A stretch of 64,000 nucleotides of DNA, taken from NCBI GenBank assembly GCA_963662665.2, contig CAXXJS010000031.1, positions 32,001 through 96,000 of the forward strand. Direction: 5' to 3'. Both the position numbers and the translations under genes were made by a program. A model generated the notes under the pieces. The model saw only the letters and a program-made list of their open reading frames with translations. It searched no databases and was not told the DNA's origin. Positions 37,961 to 48,103 of this stretch are shown here, one piece after another; the first letter of the stretch is position 1, and the number at the start of each line of letters is the position of its first letter. The DNA comes from Candidatus Latescibacterota bacterium (lineage in GTDB: Bacteria; Latescibacterota; UBA2968; GCA-2709665).

Positions 37961-39388
37961 CTATTCCTCTATTGCGAAAAGTACGTTGCGGGTACCGATG
38001 TAAAGCACCCCGTCCTTCGCGATAGGCGTGGTGTATACCGCGCTGCCCATATTGACTTCGTTGATCTTTTCAAGTTTCGCCGATGCCTTGAAAATCATCA
38101 CGTCACCGTCTTCGTCGCCAATGTAAACCTTTCCGTCGGCCACGAACGGCGACCCCCAGATGGCGGCGTAGGCGTCGTAGGTCCAGTGCGGCTTTCCTGT
38201 CTTCAGATCCAGACAATAGATGAATCCGCTCAGGTCCGCCACATACAGCAGACCGTCGTGGATGGCAACCGTAGACATCGTCCTGTTGAAATCCTTGTCT
38301 CCCAGATGCCAGACAGCGTGGGTGCCGGTGACGTCACCCATTCCGGTCGCGTCAATCGCCCAGAGATGCCCCACCCCTTCGCCGTGCTCGGGGTCCTGCC
38401 CAACACCGATGAAGACCTTGTTGTCGTAGATCACGGGCGTGGCGATGATCGCGTTTCGCGTGCCCCGTCCGCCAAGCTCCCATACGGAGTCCTTCGGATT
38501 GCAATCGAACTTCCAGATCAATTCGCCCGTCTTCGGCGACACCGCATAGACCCAGCCGTCCCCTCCGGGAAGAATGACCTGGGGTTCCCCGTTAATAGTT
38601 CCGTACGCCGGATTGGACCACTGCCCGTGCAGGATATTCGTGCCGGGATAGGCCTTCTCCCAGACGAGTTCCCCGGTTTTCAGGTTGAGCGCGAGAAAGC
38701 TGGGCGCAAACGGCGCAGGGATGGCCACGTGGCCCTCATCCACGCCATTGCTGGTGATCACGAACAGCAGACCGTCCGCTCCCACGGGAGAACACGTGGC
38801 CAGATTGTGCGGGAACACATCCAGCTCGTTCATCATATCGTATTCCCAGACAATATCCACGCCAATGGCGGCGGTCACCTCTTCGTCCCTGTAAGGCCCG
38901 TCGTTTTCGGAGTCCAGAAAACCCTCCGTATCGGCGCAGACCACCCGGCCCTGGTTCGAAACATAGTACAGGCGGTCGTCCTGGACAAAGGGCGTGGAGC
39001 AGACCCCCTGCAACGGCCAGTCGTTCACCCTTCCGGCGGGCAGCTTGGGGTGGGCCGACTGCCACAGGAATGCCCCATCCGATTCACGGAACGCCATCAC
39101 CACGCCGCGGTCGCCCTTGATTTCGGGATTCCGTTCGGCATGGTTGTTCGTCCCCATATACACCTTGCCGCCCAGCAGCACGGGCCCGGCGTAAGACTGC
39201 GAGCCGAGGGCCGCCTTCCATCTGATGTTCTCGCCGGTGGCCGTATTCCATTCGGTTGGCAGGTTCGTTTCGTCCGACACAAGGTTCCTTGAGGGCGTAA
39301 ATCCCCACATCGAGGTCTCCTCCGCGCCCGCGCCCGACGCCGACCAGGCCAGAATCACGGCGCACCTCATAATCCATTTTGTATTCAT
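37961..39388 (-). CDS. Secreted PQQ-binding-like beta-propeller protein
   Basis: Signal peptide; repeated A....TG...W and SP...DG..Y motifs. Confidence 0.85.
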   Translation of the reverse strand: MNTKWIMRCAVILAWSASGAGAEETSMWGFTPSRNLVSDETNLPTEWNTATGENIRWKAALGSQSYAGPVLLGGKVYMGTNNHAERNPEIKGDRGVVMAFRESDGAFLWQSAHPKLPAGRVNDWPLQGVCSTPFVQDDRLYYVSNQGRVVCADTEGFLDSENDGPYRDEEVTAAIGVDIVWEYDMMNELDVFPHNLATCSPVGADGLLFVITSNGVDEGHVAIPAPFAPSFLALNLKTGELVWEKAYPGTNILHGQWSNPAYGTINGEPQVILPGGDGWVYAVSPKTGELIWKFDCNPKDSVWELGGRGTRNAIIATPVIYDNKVFIGVGQDPEHGEGVGHLWAIDATGMGDVTGTHAVWHLGDKDFNRTMSTVAIHDGLLYVADLSGFIYCLDLKTGKPHWTYDAYAAIWGSPFVADGKVYIGDEDGDVMIFKASAKLEKINEVNMGSAVYTTPIAKDGVLYIGTRNVLFAIEE

Positions 39389-39496
39389 CTTTGCCTTTCT
39401 CTGATTGCACCCGCGTCTATGTGTTGCGTTCTGTCGACGGTCAACCACGTAACCCGGCCGAATTCGAACAACGCCGCATCCGAATTTCCGGTCCGG

Positions 39497-41678
39497 TCAA
39501 TACACGCGCACATTGTCAAAATAGATGTTCGCCGGTGAATAGCCGTAAAGCCCGGGACTGCCCTCCCGTATGGGAAGCGGATCCGCCGCCTCGATCGTCC
39601 AGGCGTCGGGTTCCGTGTCGCCCCGCTTCCACACTTTACCCCGGACAACCCCCCGGCCGTCCTCGATGTCGACCCTCATCTTCATCGTATACCAGACATC
39701 GGAATCCCATTGGAAGGCGACGCGTTGCACCATCCGCAGATCCGAGGACCAGGACCGGACTTCCAGCCGCTGGTAGGCGCCCTGCAGGTCCAGAATGTAT
39801 CGATGGGCGATCAGGCCCATGTCCGGCAGCCAGCGCCTGCGCCTGCCCCCCATCAGATCGGCCCTGGACCGTGTATCCGTTCATATCAGGCGGCCCGATA
39901 TACAGACTGGACCGGTCCAGGCCGCGCGCCGCGGGCGGCTTCACCAGCACCTTGTTTCCATCCTTTTCTTCAACCCTGAACCCCCTGCCGCCCCATACCC
40001 AGTGGCGAGGATTCTTGCCGGCGGGGACGCCCTCGAAGTCCTCGGTCCATGGAGAATCGGGCACCACCCGCACCCATGCCCGTGCGGTCAGATCACCCGA
40101 GGTGGCAACCACCCACCCCGCCTGTCCGTGCTTTGCAGGCGTAAACCGTCCGTTTTCAAACCGCCCGGAGAGTCCTTCGAGGGACCACGCCACGTCGACC
40201 TCACCGATCAACTGTCCAAGGCCGTCGTACGCCCGGGCGCCCAGCGGCAGCGCCTCGTTCGTCCCCAGTGTCTTCTCGGCCGGGAAGACAAGAAGCGAGG
40301 CAGGATTCGCGTCTGACGGTGCGCGCGGGCGCCCGACGAACGGCGTGGACGCGGGCGTGAACGGCGCGTCCCTGTCGCCCAGGCAGAACAGCCCCGCTTC
40401 GGTCGCAAAGTAGACTCGACCGTATGCGAAGGCAACCGAACCGTAGATTTCCGCGAGCCTGCCATCGGGCATTGTAATCTTCTTCTCGTCCAGTACCTGC
40501 GCACCCGCGTCCCCCACCTTGAGAATCCGGAACCCACCGTTGACTTCCGTGACGTACAATTTGCCGTCGGCCCATGAGGGAGAGCCCTTTCCCACCGTGC
40601 CGATATTATGCTCCCAGTATTTCCGCCCGGACTCCGCGTCCAGACAGTGTACGTTCGCCGAATTGTCGATTACGTACAGGCGTCCCTCGTGAAGAGCCGG
40701 AGAAGCATAACCGGCCGCGATCCCGTCCTGGCGCCATATCTCTTTTCCGGTTCCCGCATCCAGGCATACCACCCCACCCATAGTCGTATTGTCCACGTTC
40801 TCTTCGCTGTGGGTCGCGTACACGCGATTGTTCCCCGCAACCGGGGAGGTGTTGATGCCCCGCTTGCTCAAGGGGAACCCCCAGACCACTTCACCCGTCC
40901 CGGCCCGGAAGGCGAAAATCCCTCCATTTCCGTTGCCGGCGATCAATAACCGCTGACCGTCGACGGTTGCCGCTATCGGCGTGGAATATACGGTCAGGTC
41001 TGCCTGCCCGCCCCCGCCCGGCCGCGCCATCCAAACGGTCTCTCCAGTCCGCTTGTCGAAGGCCATGTACCGGTGGGAGGGCGGGCGGTCCGCCCAGCCC
41101 CGGTTACCCATGCTGATGACAACCAGGTCTCCGTCCACCACGGGCGTATGCAACCTGCCTCCGTAGCCCGAGAACCTGTTGAATTCCTCGGTCAACGACC
41201 TGGTCCACAGGATCCGGCCGTCACGGTCGAAACACAACAGCAGACCGTTTACCAGGTGCGCGTACACGTTTCCGGTTTCCCCGTCGGCGCCCAGGTTCGC
41301 CCAGCCGAGGCGGTTGAAAGTGATGGTGGAATGCCATACATTGAACTTGCGTTGCCATACCAGCCGCCCGTTCTCCGCGTCGAAACAGGCGACGTGTTCC
41401 TGTCTGGTAATTCCTTCTCCGGTTCTTCCGATCACGTATACCCGCCCATTCAGAATCACGGGCGTGGACCGGCCGATAAACTCCGACCGCCAGACCAGGT
41501 TCTCTCCGCCCAGAGTCCAACTGGAGACCAGACCGGTCAGCGGAGAAGCGCCGGTCTGCATCGGTCCGCGCCAGTGTGTCCAGTCCGATCCGGCGGCAGA
41601 CAGTGTCCATACCGTCGTAAAACCTCCTGTCAGGCAGACCGCGAAAAAACGAATTACCAGCCACCTATTCATAAACAT
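39497..41678 (-). pseudogene. PQQ-like beta-propeller + Ig-like + lectin-like domain protein, split by a +1 frameshift
   Basis: DW.HWRGP and propeller repeats; ...GYTVQ joins ADLMG...PD.GLI..RY...FDN.RV if one base is removed at 39862-39864. Confidence 0.75.
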
Positions 41679-41818
41679 AAATGCTCCCCGATGTCCTGTC
41701 CTGGAATGGTGTCAACATGCTTCCGAAGATTTTTCCCTTCGTGATCCGTTGTCTGCTCTGCATGAACTGCCCGCACAGAATTCGTTGAAATACCTCGATG
41801 GCGCGGCGCGGAACCCAC

Positions 41819-42280
41819 TTAACGGAAGGCGCCCTCCGCGATATCCGACTCCCCCACAAACTGCTTGAGATGCTCTATTGCCCTCCTCAGATCGCTCCTG
41901 ACCCAGGGGTCTCTTTCCGTACGGACCGCCAGTTCCAGAAAGGCAATGGCCTCCGGCTGCTCGATATGCATTATGGCCATTGCGGCCTGCTGGCGCAACC
42001 GGCGGTTTCTGTCCGTCAGGAAAGGCACCAGATCGGGCAGCGCTTCGCCGGCGCCCAGCATCCCCAGCGCCCAGATCGCCTTCGCGCGCACCTCCGGAAC
42101 CGTATCCCTCAGCGCCTGCCGCAGATAAGGAACCGCCCCGGTGACGCGACGCGCGCCAAGATAGGCCGCCGCATCCTCGCGCTCCCGCGGCGTACCGTAC
42201 TGTAACCGCGTAAAGTGATCGCCGCCGCCGCATCCCGGCAGGCCGAGCGACAATAGAACAATTACCCTCAGGCTGCGCAT
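41819..42280 (-). CDS. HEAT-repeat lipoprotein
   Basis: Lipobox-like LPGC; L.D....VR..A..ALG repeats; overlaps the hemL stop. Confidence 0.8.
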   Translation of the reverse strand: MRSLRVIVLLSLGLPGCGGGDHFTRLQYGTPREREDAAAYLGARRVTGAVPYLRQALRDTVPEVRAKAIWALGMLGAGEALPDLVPFLTDRNRRLRQQAAMAIMHIEQPEAIAFLELAVRTERDPWVRSDLRRAIEHLKQFVGESDIAEGAFR

Positions 42281-43557
42281 GCTTTCAGGGCCCTGTATTG
42301 CGCTTCAACCGATCGTTCGATATCCGCATCGGTATGCGCCAGCGAAACAAACGTCGCTTCAAACTGGGACGGCGCGAGATACACGCCCTGTGCCAGCATC
42401 AGCCGAAAGTAACGCGCGAACGCCTCCTGGTCGCACGCCACCGCGGCTTCGTATCGTGTGACCGGTCGATCCGAAAAGAACAGGGTCAACATGGAACCGA
42501 CCCGGTTCAGACGAAACGGCAACCCCAGCGTCTTCAGATTTTCCCGGAAACCCGCTTCCAGCGCTGCCGCCTTTTCCTCCAGCGCCTCATAGGCGCCCGG
42601 TTCCCCCAGTTGCCTTAGCGTCTCGAAACCGGCCGTCATGGCAAGGGGATTTCCGGAAAGCGTCCCTGCCTGGGATACCCCCTTACCCAGCGGCGATATA
42701 TGCGACATGATCTCCCGCCTGCCCCCGAAAGCACCCACCGGCAGCCCTCCACCGATAATCTTCCCAAGCGTGGTCAGATCGGGCGTGATCCCGTACAACG
42801 CCTGGGCGCCCCCCGGATGGACCCGGAAACCGGTAATCACTTCGTCGAAAATCAACACGATGCCCGAACCGGCCGTGAGCTCGCGCAGCCCTTCCAGAAA
42901 TCCCGCGGCAGGTGGAATCACGCCCATATTGCCGGCCACCGGCTCGACGATAATGGCCGCGATTTCGTCCGGGTTCTCCGCCGCGATCCGCTGCACCGCC
43001 TCCAGATCGTTGTAGGGCGCGGTGACGGTACCCGCCGCAGTGCCTGCGGTCACGCCCGGGCTGCTGGGCACCCCCGTGGTGAGCGCCGACGATCCCGCCT
43101 GAATCAGAAAGCTGTCGGCGTGCCCGTGCCAGCACCCCACGAACTTGATGACCTTCTCCCGTCCGGTATACCCCCTCGCCAGGCGCACGGCGGACATGGT
43201 AGCCTCGGTGCCCGAGTTCACCATGCGCACCATTTCCACGCCTGGCACGAGGTCGGTGACCCGTTCGGCCATTTTGACTTCGATTTCCGTGGGCGCACCG
43301 AAACTGGTTCCCCGTTCGCAGATCCGCTTGACCGACTCAACCACGCCTGGCGGCGCATGACCCAGAATCAGCGGACCCCACGAGCAGACGTAGTCGATAT
43401 ATTCCTTGCCATCCGCGTCGTATACCTTCGACCCGTTTCCCCGCGTTATAAACAACGGCTGGCCGCCCACGGGGCCGTACGCCCGCGCCGGGCTGTTCAC
43501 CCCGCCCGGAATCACCCGTTGCGCCGCATCGAATAACGCAACCGAACGGTCGTTCAC
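42268..43557 (-). CDS. hemL: Glutamate-1-semialdehyde 2,1-aminomutase
   Basis: [67 protein letters not shown]; GTG start with SD AAGGGG. Confidence 0.95.
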   Translation of the reverse strand: MNDRSVALFDAAQRVIPGGVNSPARAYGPVGGQPLFITRGNGSKVYDADGKEYIDYVCSWGPLILGHAPPGVVESVKRICERGTSFGAPTEIEVKMAERVTDLVPGVEMVRMVNSGTEATMSAVRLARGYTGREKVIKFVGCWHGHADSFLIQAGSSALTTGVPSSPGVTAGTAAGTVTAPYNDLEAVQRIAAENPDEIAAIIVEPVAGNMGVIPPAAGFLEGLRELTAGSGIVLIFDEVITGFRVHPGGAQALYGITPDLTTLGKIIGGGLPVGAFGGRREIMSHISPLGKGVSQAGTLSGNPLAMTAGFETLRQLGEPGAYEALEEKAAALEAGFRENLKTLGLPFRLNRVGSMLTLFFSDRPVTRYEAAVACDQEAFARYFRLMLAQGVYLAPSQFEATFVSLAHTDADIERSVEAQYRALKACAA

Positions 43558-43617
43558 GAAAACCCCCTTATCGATCAGCGGAATTGCGTCTTCAGAGTGC
43601 AGGACGCCAGCCCTTGA

Positions 43618-43793
43618 CAGCCGGTTGAAAAAGTCCATCCGGGCTGCGACCTGCCTCGCGGGCTTCAGCAGGCAATCCGGCTGTTGTGGCCGAATGACTG
43701 CACTGTGCCACCTCACCGAATCCCACAATCCGACTCGGTCACCCGCCCTGTCTTCGGTCACGATTGCCCGGGAGCAACATTCGCAACAGACTG
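43618..43793 (-). mobile_element. MITE family B, diverged inverted copy
   Basis: CAGCCGGTTGAAAAAGTCCATCCGGGCTGCG...TTGTGGCCGAAT...CCGAATCCC, ending CAACAGACTG; flanks TTGA/TTAA. Confidence 0.65.
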
Positions 43794-43840
43794 TTAATCT
43801 TTGGATTTTGAACGCCATTGTCAAGTGGCGATTTTTGGCC

Positions 43841-43868
43841 TTGCAACAAAACCGCCGAAACGTATATT
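43841..43868 (+). promoter_or_regulatory. Putative sigma70 promoter upstream of the tRNA-like gene
   Basis: TTGCAA-16-TATATT, 14 bp before the acceptor stem. Confidence 0.55.
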
Positions 43869-43882
43869 TGTCCAACGCCTTC

Positions 43883-43948
43883 GCGGCAGCAGCTCACATC
43901 CGGCTTCGGACCGGACGGTTGGGGGTTCGAGTCCTCTCTGCCGCACCA
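43883..43948 (+). tRNA. tRNA-Arg(UCG)-like gene lacking the D-arm (66 nt)
   Basis: Acceptor GCGGCAG/CTGCCGC + A-CCA; anticodon stem TCCGG/CCGGA, loop CT-TCG-GA; T-arm GGGGG-TTCGAGT-CCTCT; only CAGCTCACA between acceptor and anticodon stems. Confidence 0.85.
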
Positions 43949-43950
43949 TC

Positions 43951-43980
43951 CAAAGCCCCGGTCACCCGATCGGGGCTTTG
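43951..43980 (+). terminator. Hairpin terminator after the tRNA-like gene
   Basis: CAAAGCCCCG...CGGGGCTTTG stem immediately after CCA. Confidence 0.7.
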
Positions 43981-43995
43981 CCTCCCCGATCCTCC

Positions 43996-46767
43996 ATGCC
44001 TCGTACCAACGACGCCATCCGAATCAGGGGCGCCCGTCAGCATAACCTGCGGGGTCTCGACCTCGATATACCTAAAAACCGGTTCGTGGTCATCACGGGG
44101 CCCTCCGGCTCAGGGAAATCCTCGCTCGCGTTCGATACCATTTACGCTGAAGGGCAGCGCAGGTACGTGGAAGCGATGTCCGCCCACGCGCGCCGTTTCC
44201 TGGAGGTAATGGAGAGGCCCGACGTGGAGAGTATCGATGGCCTTTCTCCCGCCGTGGCCATTCAACAGCGCCGCGCTTCCGGAAACTCCAGATCGACGGT
44301 TGGCACCCTTACGGAGATCCACGACCATCTCAGGATACTCTTCGCCCGCGCCGGTCTGCCGCATTGCCCGAACTGCGGCAACCCCATTGCCTGCCAGACC
44401 GTCGGTGAGATCGTCGACACCGTACTCGGCCTGCCGGACGGCGCGCGGCTGCGGATTCTCGCGCCCGGGATACGCAACCGGAAGGGCAGCCTCAACCAGG
44501 AACTGGAACGCCTGCGGCGCGACGGATACGTGCGCGTGCGAATCGACGGACGCGACCGCGCACTGGACGAAGAGATTCGCCTGGATCCAACGCGGACGCA
44601 CACCGTCGAGGCGGTTGTCGACCGTCTGGTCGTCCGCCCGAAAATCGAGCGCCGGCTGGCCGACTCGCTGGAAACCGCGCTGGCCCTTTCCGGCGGTATC
44701 GTCGTCCTGGATATCCTCGAAGACCGTGAATTGAGCTTTTCCACGCAATTCACCTGCAGAAACTGCAACATCGGTTTTGAGGAACTGACGCCTCGTATGT
44801 TCTCGTTCAACAGCCCGTACGGCGCTTGTCCGTCCTGCGACGGCATAGGCATGAAGGCCGATATCGACCCTGACGGGATCGTTCCGGACAAGAGCCGTTC
44901 AATCGCGGAGGGCGCCATCGCTCCATGGGGAGTCCCCAGAGGACGCGCGACGCTCGATTTGCTGCAACGCCTCGCGGACCGATACCGTTTCGATCTCGCC
45001 GCGCCATTCGGTTCTCTTTCACCCGGAGCGAGGGAGGCCATTCTGTGGGGCGATGAATCCCTCCGGTTCGACGGAGTAATCCCGCCCCTCAACAGGCGGA
45101 TTGCGGATGCCGCGTCGGACCATGGCGGATCCAGGCCGGATTCGTACGTCCGCAACGCAGCATGTAAAGACTGTGCCGGCGCCAGGTTGCGGACACAGGC
45201 CCTGGCAGTCAGAATCGCCGAAAAAAACATCGCACAGGTTGCGGCGATGTCCATCGATCAGGCCTTCGAATTCACGGAACGTCTGAAGGGAACGTTGGCG
45301 CCCCCGGAGGTCGTTGACCCGATTCTACTTGAAATCCGCAACCGGCTTGCCTTCCTGAGGGACGTGGGTGTGGGTTATCTTACCCTTGAACGAAACGCGG
45401 CATCGCTCTCGGGCGGCGAAACGCAGCGTATCCGCATGGCCACGCAGATCGGCGCGCGCCTGTCGGGGGTGCTCTACGTTCTGGACGAACCCAGCGTTGG
45501 ATTGCATCCAGGAGACAACCGCAAACTCATCCATACGTTGCAGACGCTGCGCGACCTCGGCAATACGGTTCTGGTTGTTGAGCACGATCGGGAAACCATG
45601 CTTGCCGCGGACCATCTGATCGACCTCGGTCCGGGAGCGGGTGAGAAGGGGGGCGAACTCATGGCTCAGGGTACCGCCCTGGAAATTATGGCGGACGGAA
45701 AATGCCTCACGGGCGCGTACCTCTCCGGCCGGAAGTCCATCCCCCCGCCTCCGGACAGACGGCAACCCTCCGGCCGGATCGTCTTGAAGGGCGCGCGGGG
45801 GCACAATCTCAAGTCCATCGACGTCGCCCTCCCTCTGGGCATTCTTGTGTGCGTGACCGGTGTCTCCGGATCCGGAAAGAGCACTCTGATAAACGGTACG
45901 CTCTATCCGGCACTGGCGAACAGGCTGCACAACGCCGCGGTCAAACCCCTTGAACACGACGGTGTCGAAGGCATGTCACAAATCGACAAGATCATCCGAA
46001 TCGACCAGGCGCCGATCGGCCGGACACCCAGGTCAAATCCTGCCACCTACACCGATCTCTTCACAGACATCCGCGAACTCTACGCGCAGCTTCCGGAATC
46101 CAGGGTTCGGGGCTATACGCCCGGGCGATTCAGCTTCAACCTGAAGGGCGGGCGTTGCGAGCCCTGCCAGGGCGACGGCCTGCGACGCGTTGAAATGCAC
46201 TTCCTTCCCGACGTCTACGTGACCTGCGACGCCTGCGGGGGAAGCCGGTACAACAGGGAGACCCTGGAAATTCGTTTCAAGGGCTGTTCGATCGCCGACG
46301 TACTGGACATGACGACGGAGAGGGCGCACACCTTCTTCAGAGATATTCCGGGCGCCCGGCGGAAACTGAAAACGCTATTGGAGGTGGGTCTGGGATATAT
46401 CCGGCTGGGACAATCGGCAACCGCGCTTTCCGGAGGTGAAGCGCAACGCATCAAACTGGCCTCCGAACTTTCCCGTGTGGCCACGGGAAAAACCATGTAT
46501 ATTCTGGACGAGCCGACCACCGGGCTGCACTTCGAGGACATCCGGTCGCTCATCGCCGTTCTGGACCGGTTGGTCGACAAGGGCAACTCCGTCGTTGTGA
46601 TCGAACACAACCTGGACGTGGTCAAACGGGCCGACTGGATTGTCGACCTCGGTCCCGGAGGGGGAGATTCCGGCGGCCGGGTCATCGCCGAGGGGGCCCC
46701 GGAGCGTGTTGCGGCGGCACCGGCCTCCCGGACCGGCCGCTTTCTAAAAGAGGTGATCGCACTATGA
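43996..46767 (+). CDS. uvrA: Excinuclease ABC subunit A
   Basis: GAR.HNL, G.SGSGKSSLAFDTIYAEGQRRY, zinc fingers, two LSGGE.QRI and LDEP motifs, IGRTPRSNPATY. Confidence 0.97.
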   Translation: MPRTNDAIRIRGARQHNLRGLDLDIPKNRFVVITGPSGSGKSSLAFDTIYAEGQRRYVEAMSAHARRFLEVMERPDVESIDGLSPAVAIQQRRASGNSRSTVGTLTEIHDHLRILFARAGLPHCPNCGNPIACQTVGEIVDTVLGLPDGARLRILAPGIRNRKGSLNQELERLRRDGYVRVRIDGRDRALDEEIRLDPTRTHTVEAVVDRLVVRPKIERRLADSLETALALSGGIVVLDILEDRELSFSTQFTCRNCNIGFEELTPRMFSFNSPYGACPSCDGIGMKADIDPDGIVPDKSRSIAEGAIAPWGVPRGRATLDLLQRLADRYRFDLAAPFGSLSPGAREAILWGDESLRFDGVIPPLNRRIADAASDHGGSRPDSYVRNAACKDCAGARLRTQALAVRIAEKNIAQVAAMSIDQAFEFTERLKGTLAPPEVVDPILLEIRNRLAFLRDVGVGYLTLERNAASLSGGETQRIRMATQIGARLSGVLYVLDEPSVGLHPGDNRKLIHTLQTLRDLGNTVLVVEHDRETMLAADHLIDLGPGAGEKGGELMAQGTALEIMADGKCLTGAYLSGRKSIPPPPDRRQPSGRIVLKGARGHNLKSIDVALPLGILVCVTGVSGSGKSTLINGTLYPALANRLHNAAVKPLEHDGVEGMSQIDKIIRIDQAPIGRTPRSNPATYTDLFTDIRELYAQLPESRVRGYTPGRFSFNLKGGRCEPCQGDGLRRVEMHFLPDVYVTCDACGGSRYNRETLEIRFKGCSIADVLDMTTERAHTFFRDIPGARRKLKTLLEVGLGYIRLGQSATALSGGEAQRIKLASELSRVATGKTMYILDEPTTGLHFEDIRSLIAVLDRLVDKGNSVVVIEHNLDVVKRADWIVDLGPGGGDSGGRVIAEGAPERVAAAPASRTGRFLKEVIAL

Positions 46768-47405
46768 TCCGTATCGACTTCGGCACCCTGTACGAATTTG
46801 AACGGGAAGACAATAACCGGCGCCGGGAAAACCGAAAGAAAATCCAGGACTTTCTTAGCCTGTGCGAAACCCACGACGCAACAATCGTCGAACAGCGGGA
46901 CTGGAATACGCGAGACCTGATCCACTTTCTGGGTATCTCACCCAACCTCGTTTTCACCATTACAATTTCAGAAAAATATCTGGGTGTTCAGACCAGCCAG
47001 ATCCGGGAAAAATTCCAGACGTTCAAGGCCGAATACGTTTCCGTACCCGACCGGCACGCGGTGTCACTGGAACAGCCTCCCGCGGACAAACTGGGCATGC
47101 ACGACGTGGTGAACTGCTCGGCGTGCGGGAAAAGAACACCCTACGACGGCTACTTTCAGCACTGTGTGCGCTGCGGCGAAAAGTTGGATACGATGGTAAA
47201 ATCCTGCAAGACCTGCAGTAACGGCGTCCTGTACCATCCGTCGTACGCCTGTTGCCCGATATGTGGAACCGAACTCCAACCGGATTACGACAGCCCTCCT
47301 CTGAATGAACTGGACCCTCACGGCCTGATCTGGGGCATATCGAACAAAGAAGAAACCGCCGAAGAAGGGGAAGACCTCTTCGGCGGCGGTGGTCCGCTCG
47401 GGTAA
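46764..47405 (+). CDS. Hypothetical protein with double zinc-ribbon domain
   Basis: Four CxxC motifs (CSAC, CVRC, CKTC, CPIC); ATGA overlap with uvrA. Confidence 0.7.
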   Translation: MIRIDFGTLYEFEREDNNRRRENRKKIQDFLSLCETHDATIVEQRDWNTRDLIHFLGISPNLVFTITISEKYLGVQTSQIREKFQTFKAEYVSVPDRHAVSLEQPPADKLGMHDVVNCSACGKRTPYDGYFQHCVRCGEKLDTMVKSCKTCSNGVLYHPSYACCPICGTELQPDYDSPPLNELDPHGLIWGISNKEETAEEGEDLFGGGGPLG

Positions 47406-47487
47406 TTCTTGTCCGGGTCCCGCACTCCCGCGTGCCTCACTCGCAGCCGCGTTACCTCCTGCCACTCACGTCGAACTCGCTTCCATT

Positions 47488-48060
47488 TCACGCGCCCGCG
47501 CCCGGATCGTAGACGAAGTTATTTTCGGCGTCGGTCAGCAGGGGGAGTTCGAGGTCCTTCCCTGATAGTATCGGATTGGAAACCGGCCAGTCGATGCCGA
47601 TGGCCGGATCGTCCCAGACAATGCCACGGTCGAGATCCGGCGCGAATTCGGCGGTGACCTTGTATACGAATTCGGCCTCGTCGCTCAACACGCAGAACCC
47701 GTGCGCAAAACCCTCGGGAACGTAGAACATCCTGTGATTCGCTTCAGACAGCACAACACCCTCCCACTGCCCGAAGGTGGGTGCGTTCTTCCGGATATCC
47801 ACGGCCACGTCGAACACCTCGCCCTTGACAACCCTCACCAGCTTGGCCTGCGCCCTCGGGTGCAATTGATAGTGTAACCCCCTCAGGACGTCCCCGACCG
47901 AATGGGAGTGGATATCCTGTACGAACCCGACGGAGATTCCGTTCGCCTCGAAATCGGATTTCCTGTAGGATTCCATCAGAAAGCCGCGGTTGTCTTCAAA
48001 AACCCGGGGCTCGACCAGAATGAGTCCGGGAATTTTCAAGCCTTCAAACCGGAATGGCAT
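47488..48060 (-). CDS. rfbC: dTDP-4-dehydrorhamnose 3,5-epimerase
   Basis: D.RG.L.E, FVQD.HS.S...VLRGLHYQ, DVAVDIR, GFAHGF. Confidence 0.95.
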   Translation of the reverse strand: MPFRFEGLKIPGLILVEPRVFEDNRGFLMESYRKSDFEANGISVGFVQDIHSHSVGDVLRGLHYQLHPRAQAKLVRVVKGEVFDVAVDIRKNAPTFGQWEGVVLSEANHRMFYVPEGFAHGFCVLSDEAEFVYKVTAEFAPDLDRGIVWDDPAIGIDWPVSNPILSGKDLELPLLTDAENNFVYDPGAGA

Positions 48061-48103
48061 CCAACTTCCTTTCCCGGGGAAGTACGTACGACGCGGATCA
48101 CGA

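Noticed and set aside
15193-39292. Long antisense ORFs (15193-17025, 23519-25324, 28802-30187, 33716-35758, 37880-39292)
   Set aside because: Shadows of well-supported genes in GC-rich DNA, with no recognisable motifs
43856-43872. LexA/SOS box upstream of uvrA
   Set aside because: Only a weak resemblance to GAAC-N4-GTTC, and the lineage motif is unknown
43883-43948. tRNA fragment as an att site of an integrated element
   Set aside because: Both acceptor strands are present, flanks are housekeeping genes, and no integrase or second copy is seen
43558-43995. N-terminal extensions of hemL (to 43875) and uvrA (from 43801)
   Set aside because: They run through a MITE, promoter, tRNA-like gene and terminator; family similarity begins near 43557 and 43996
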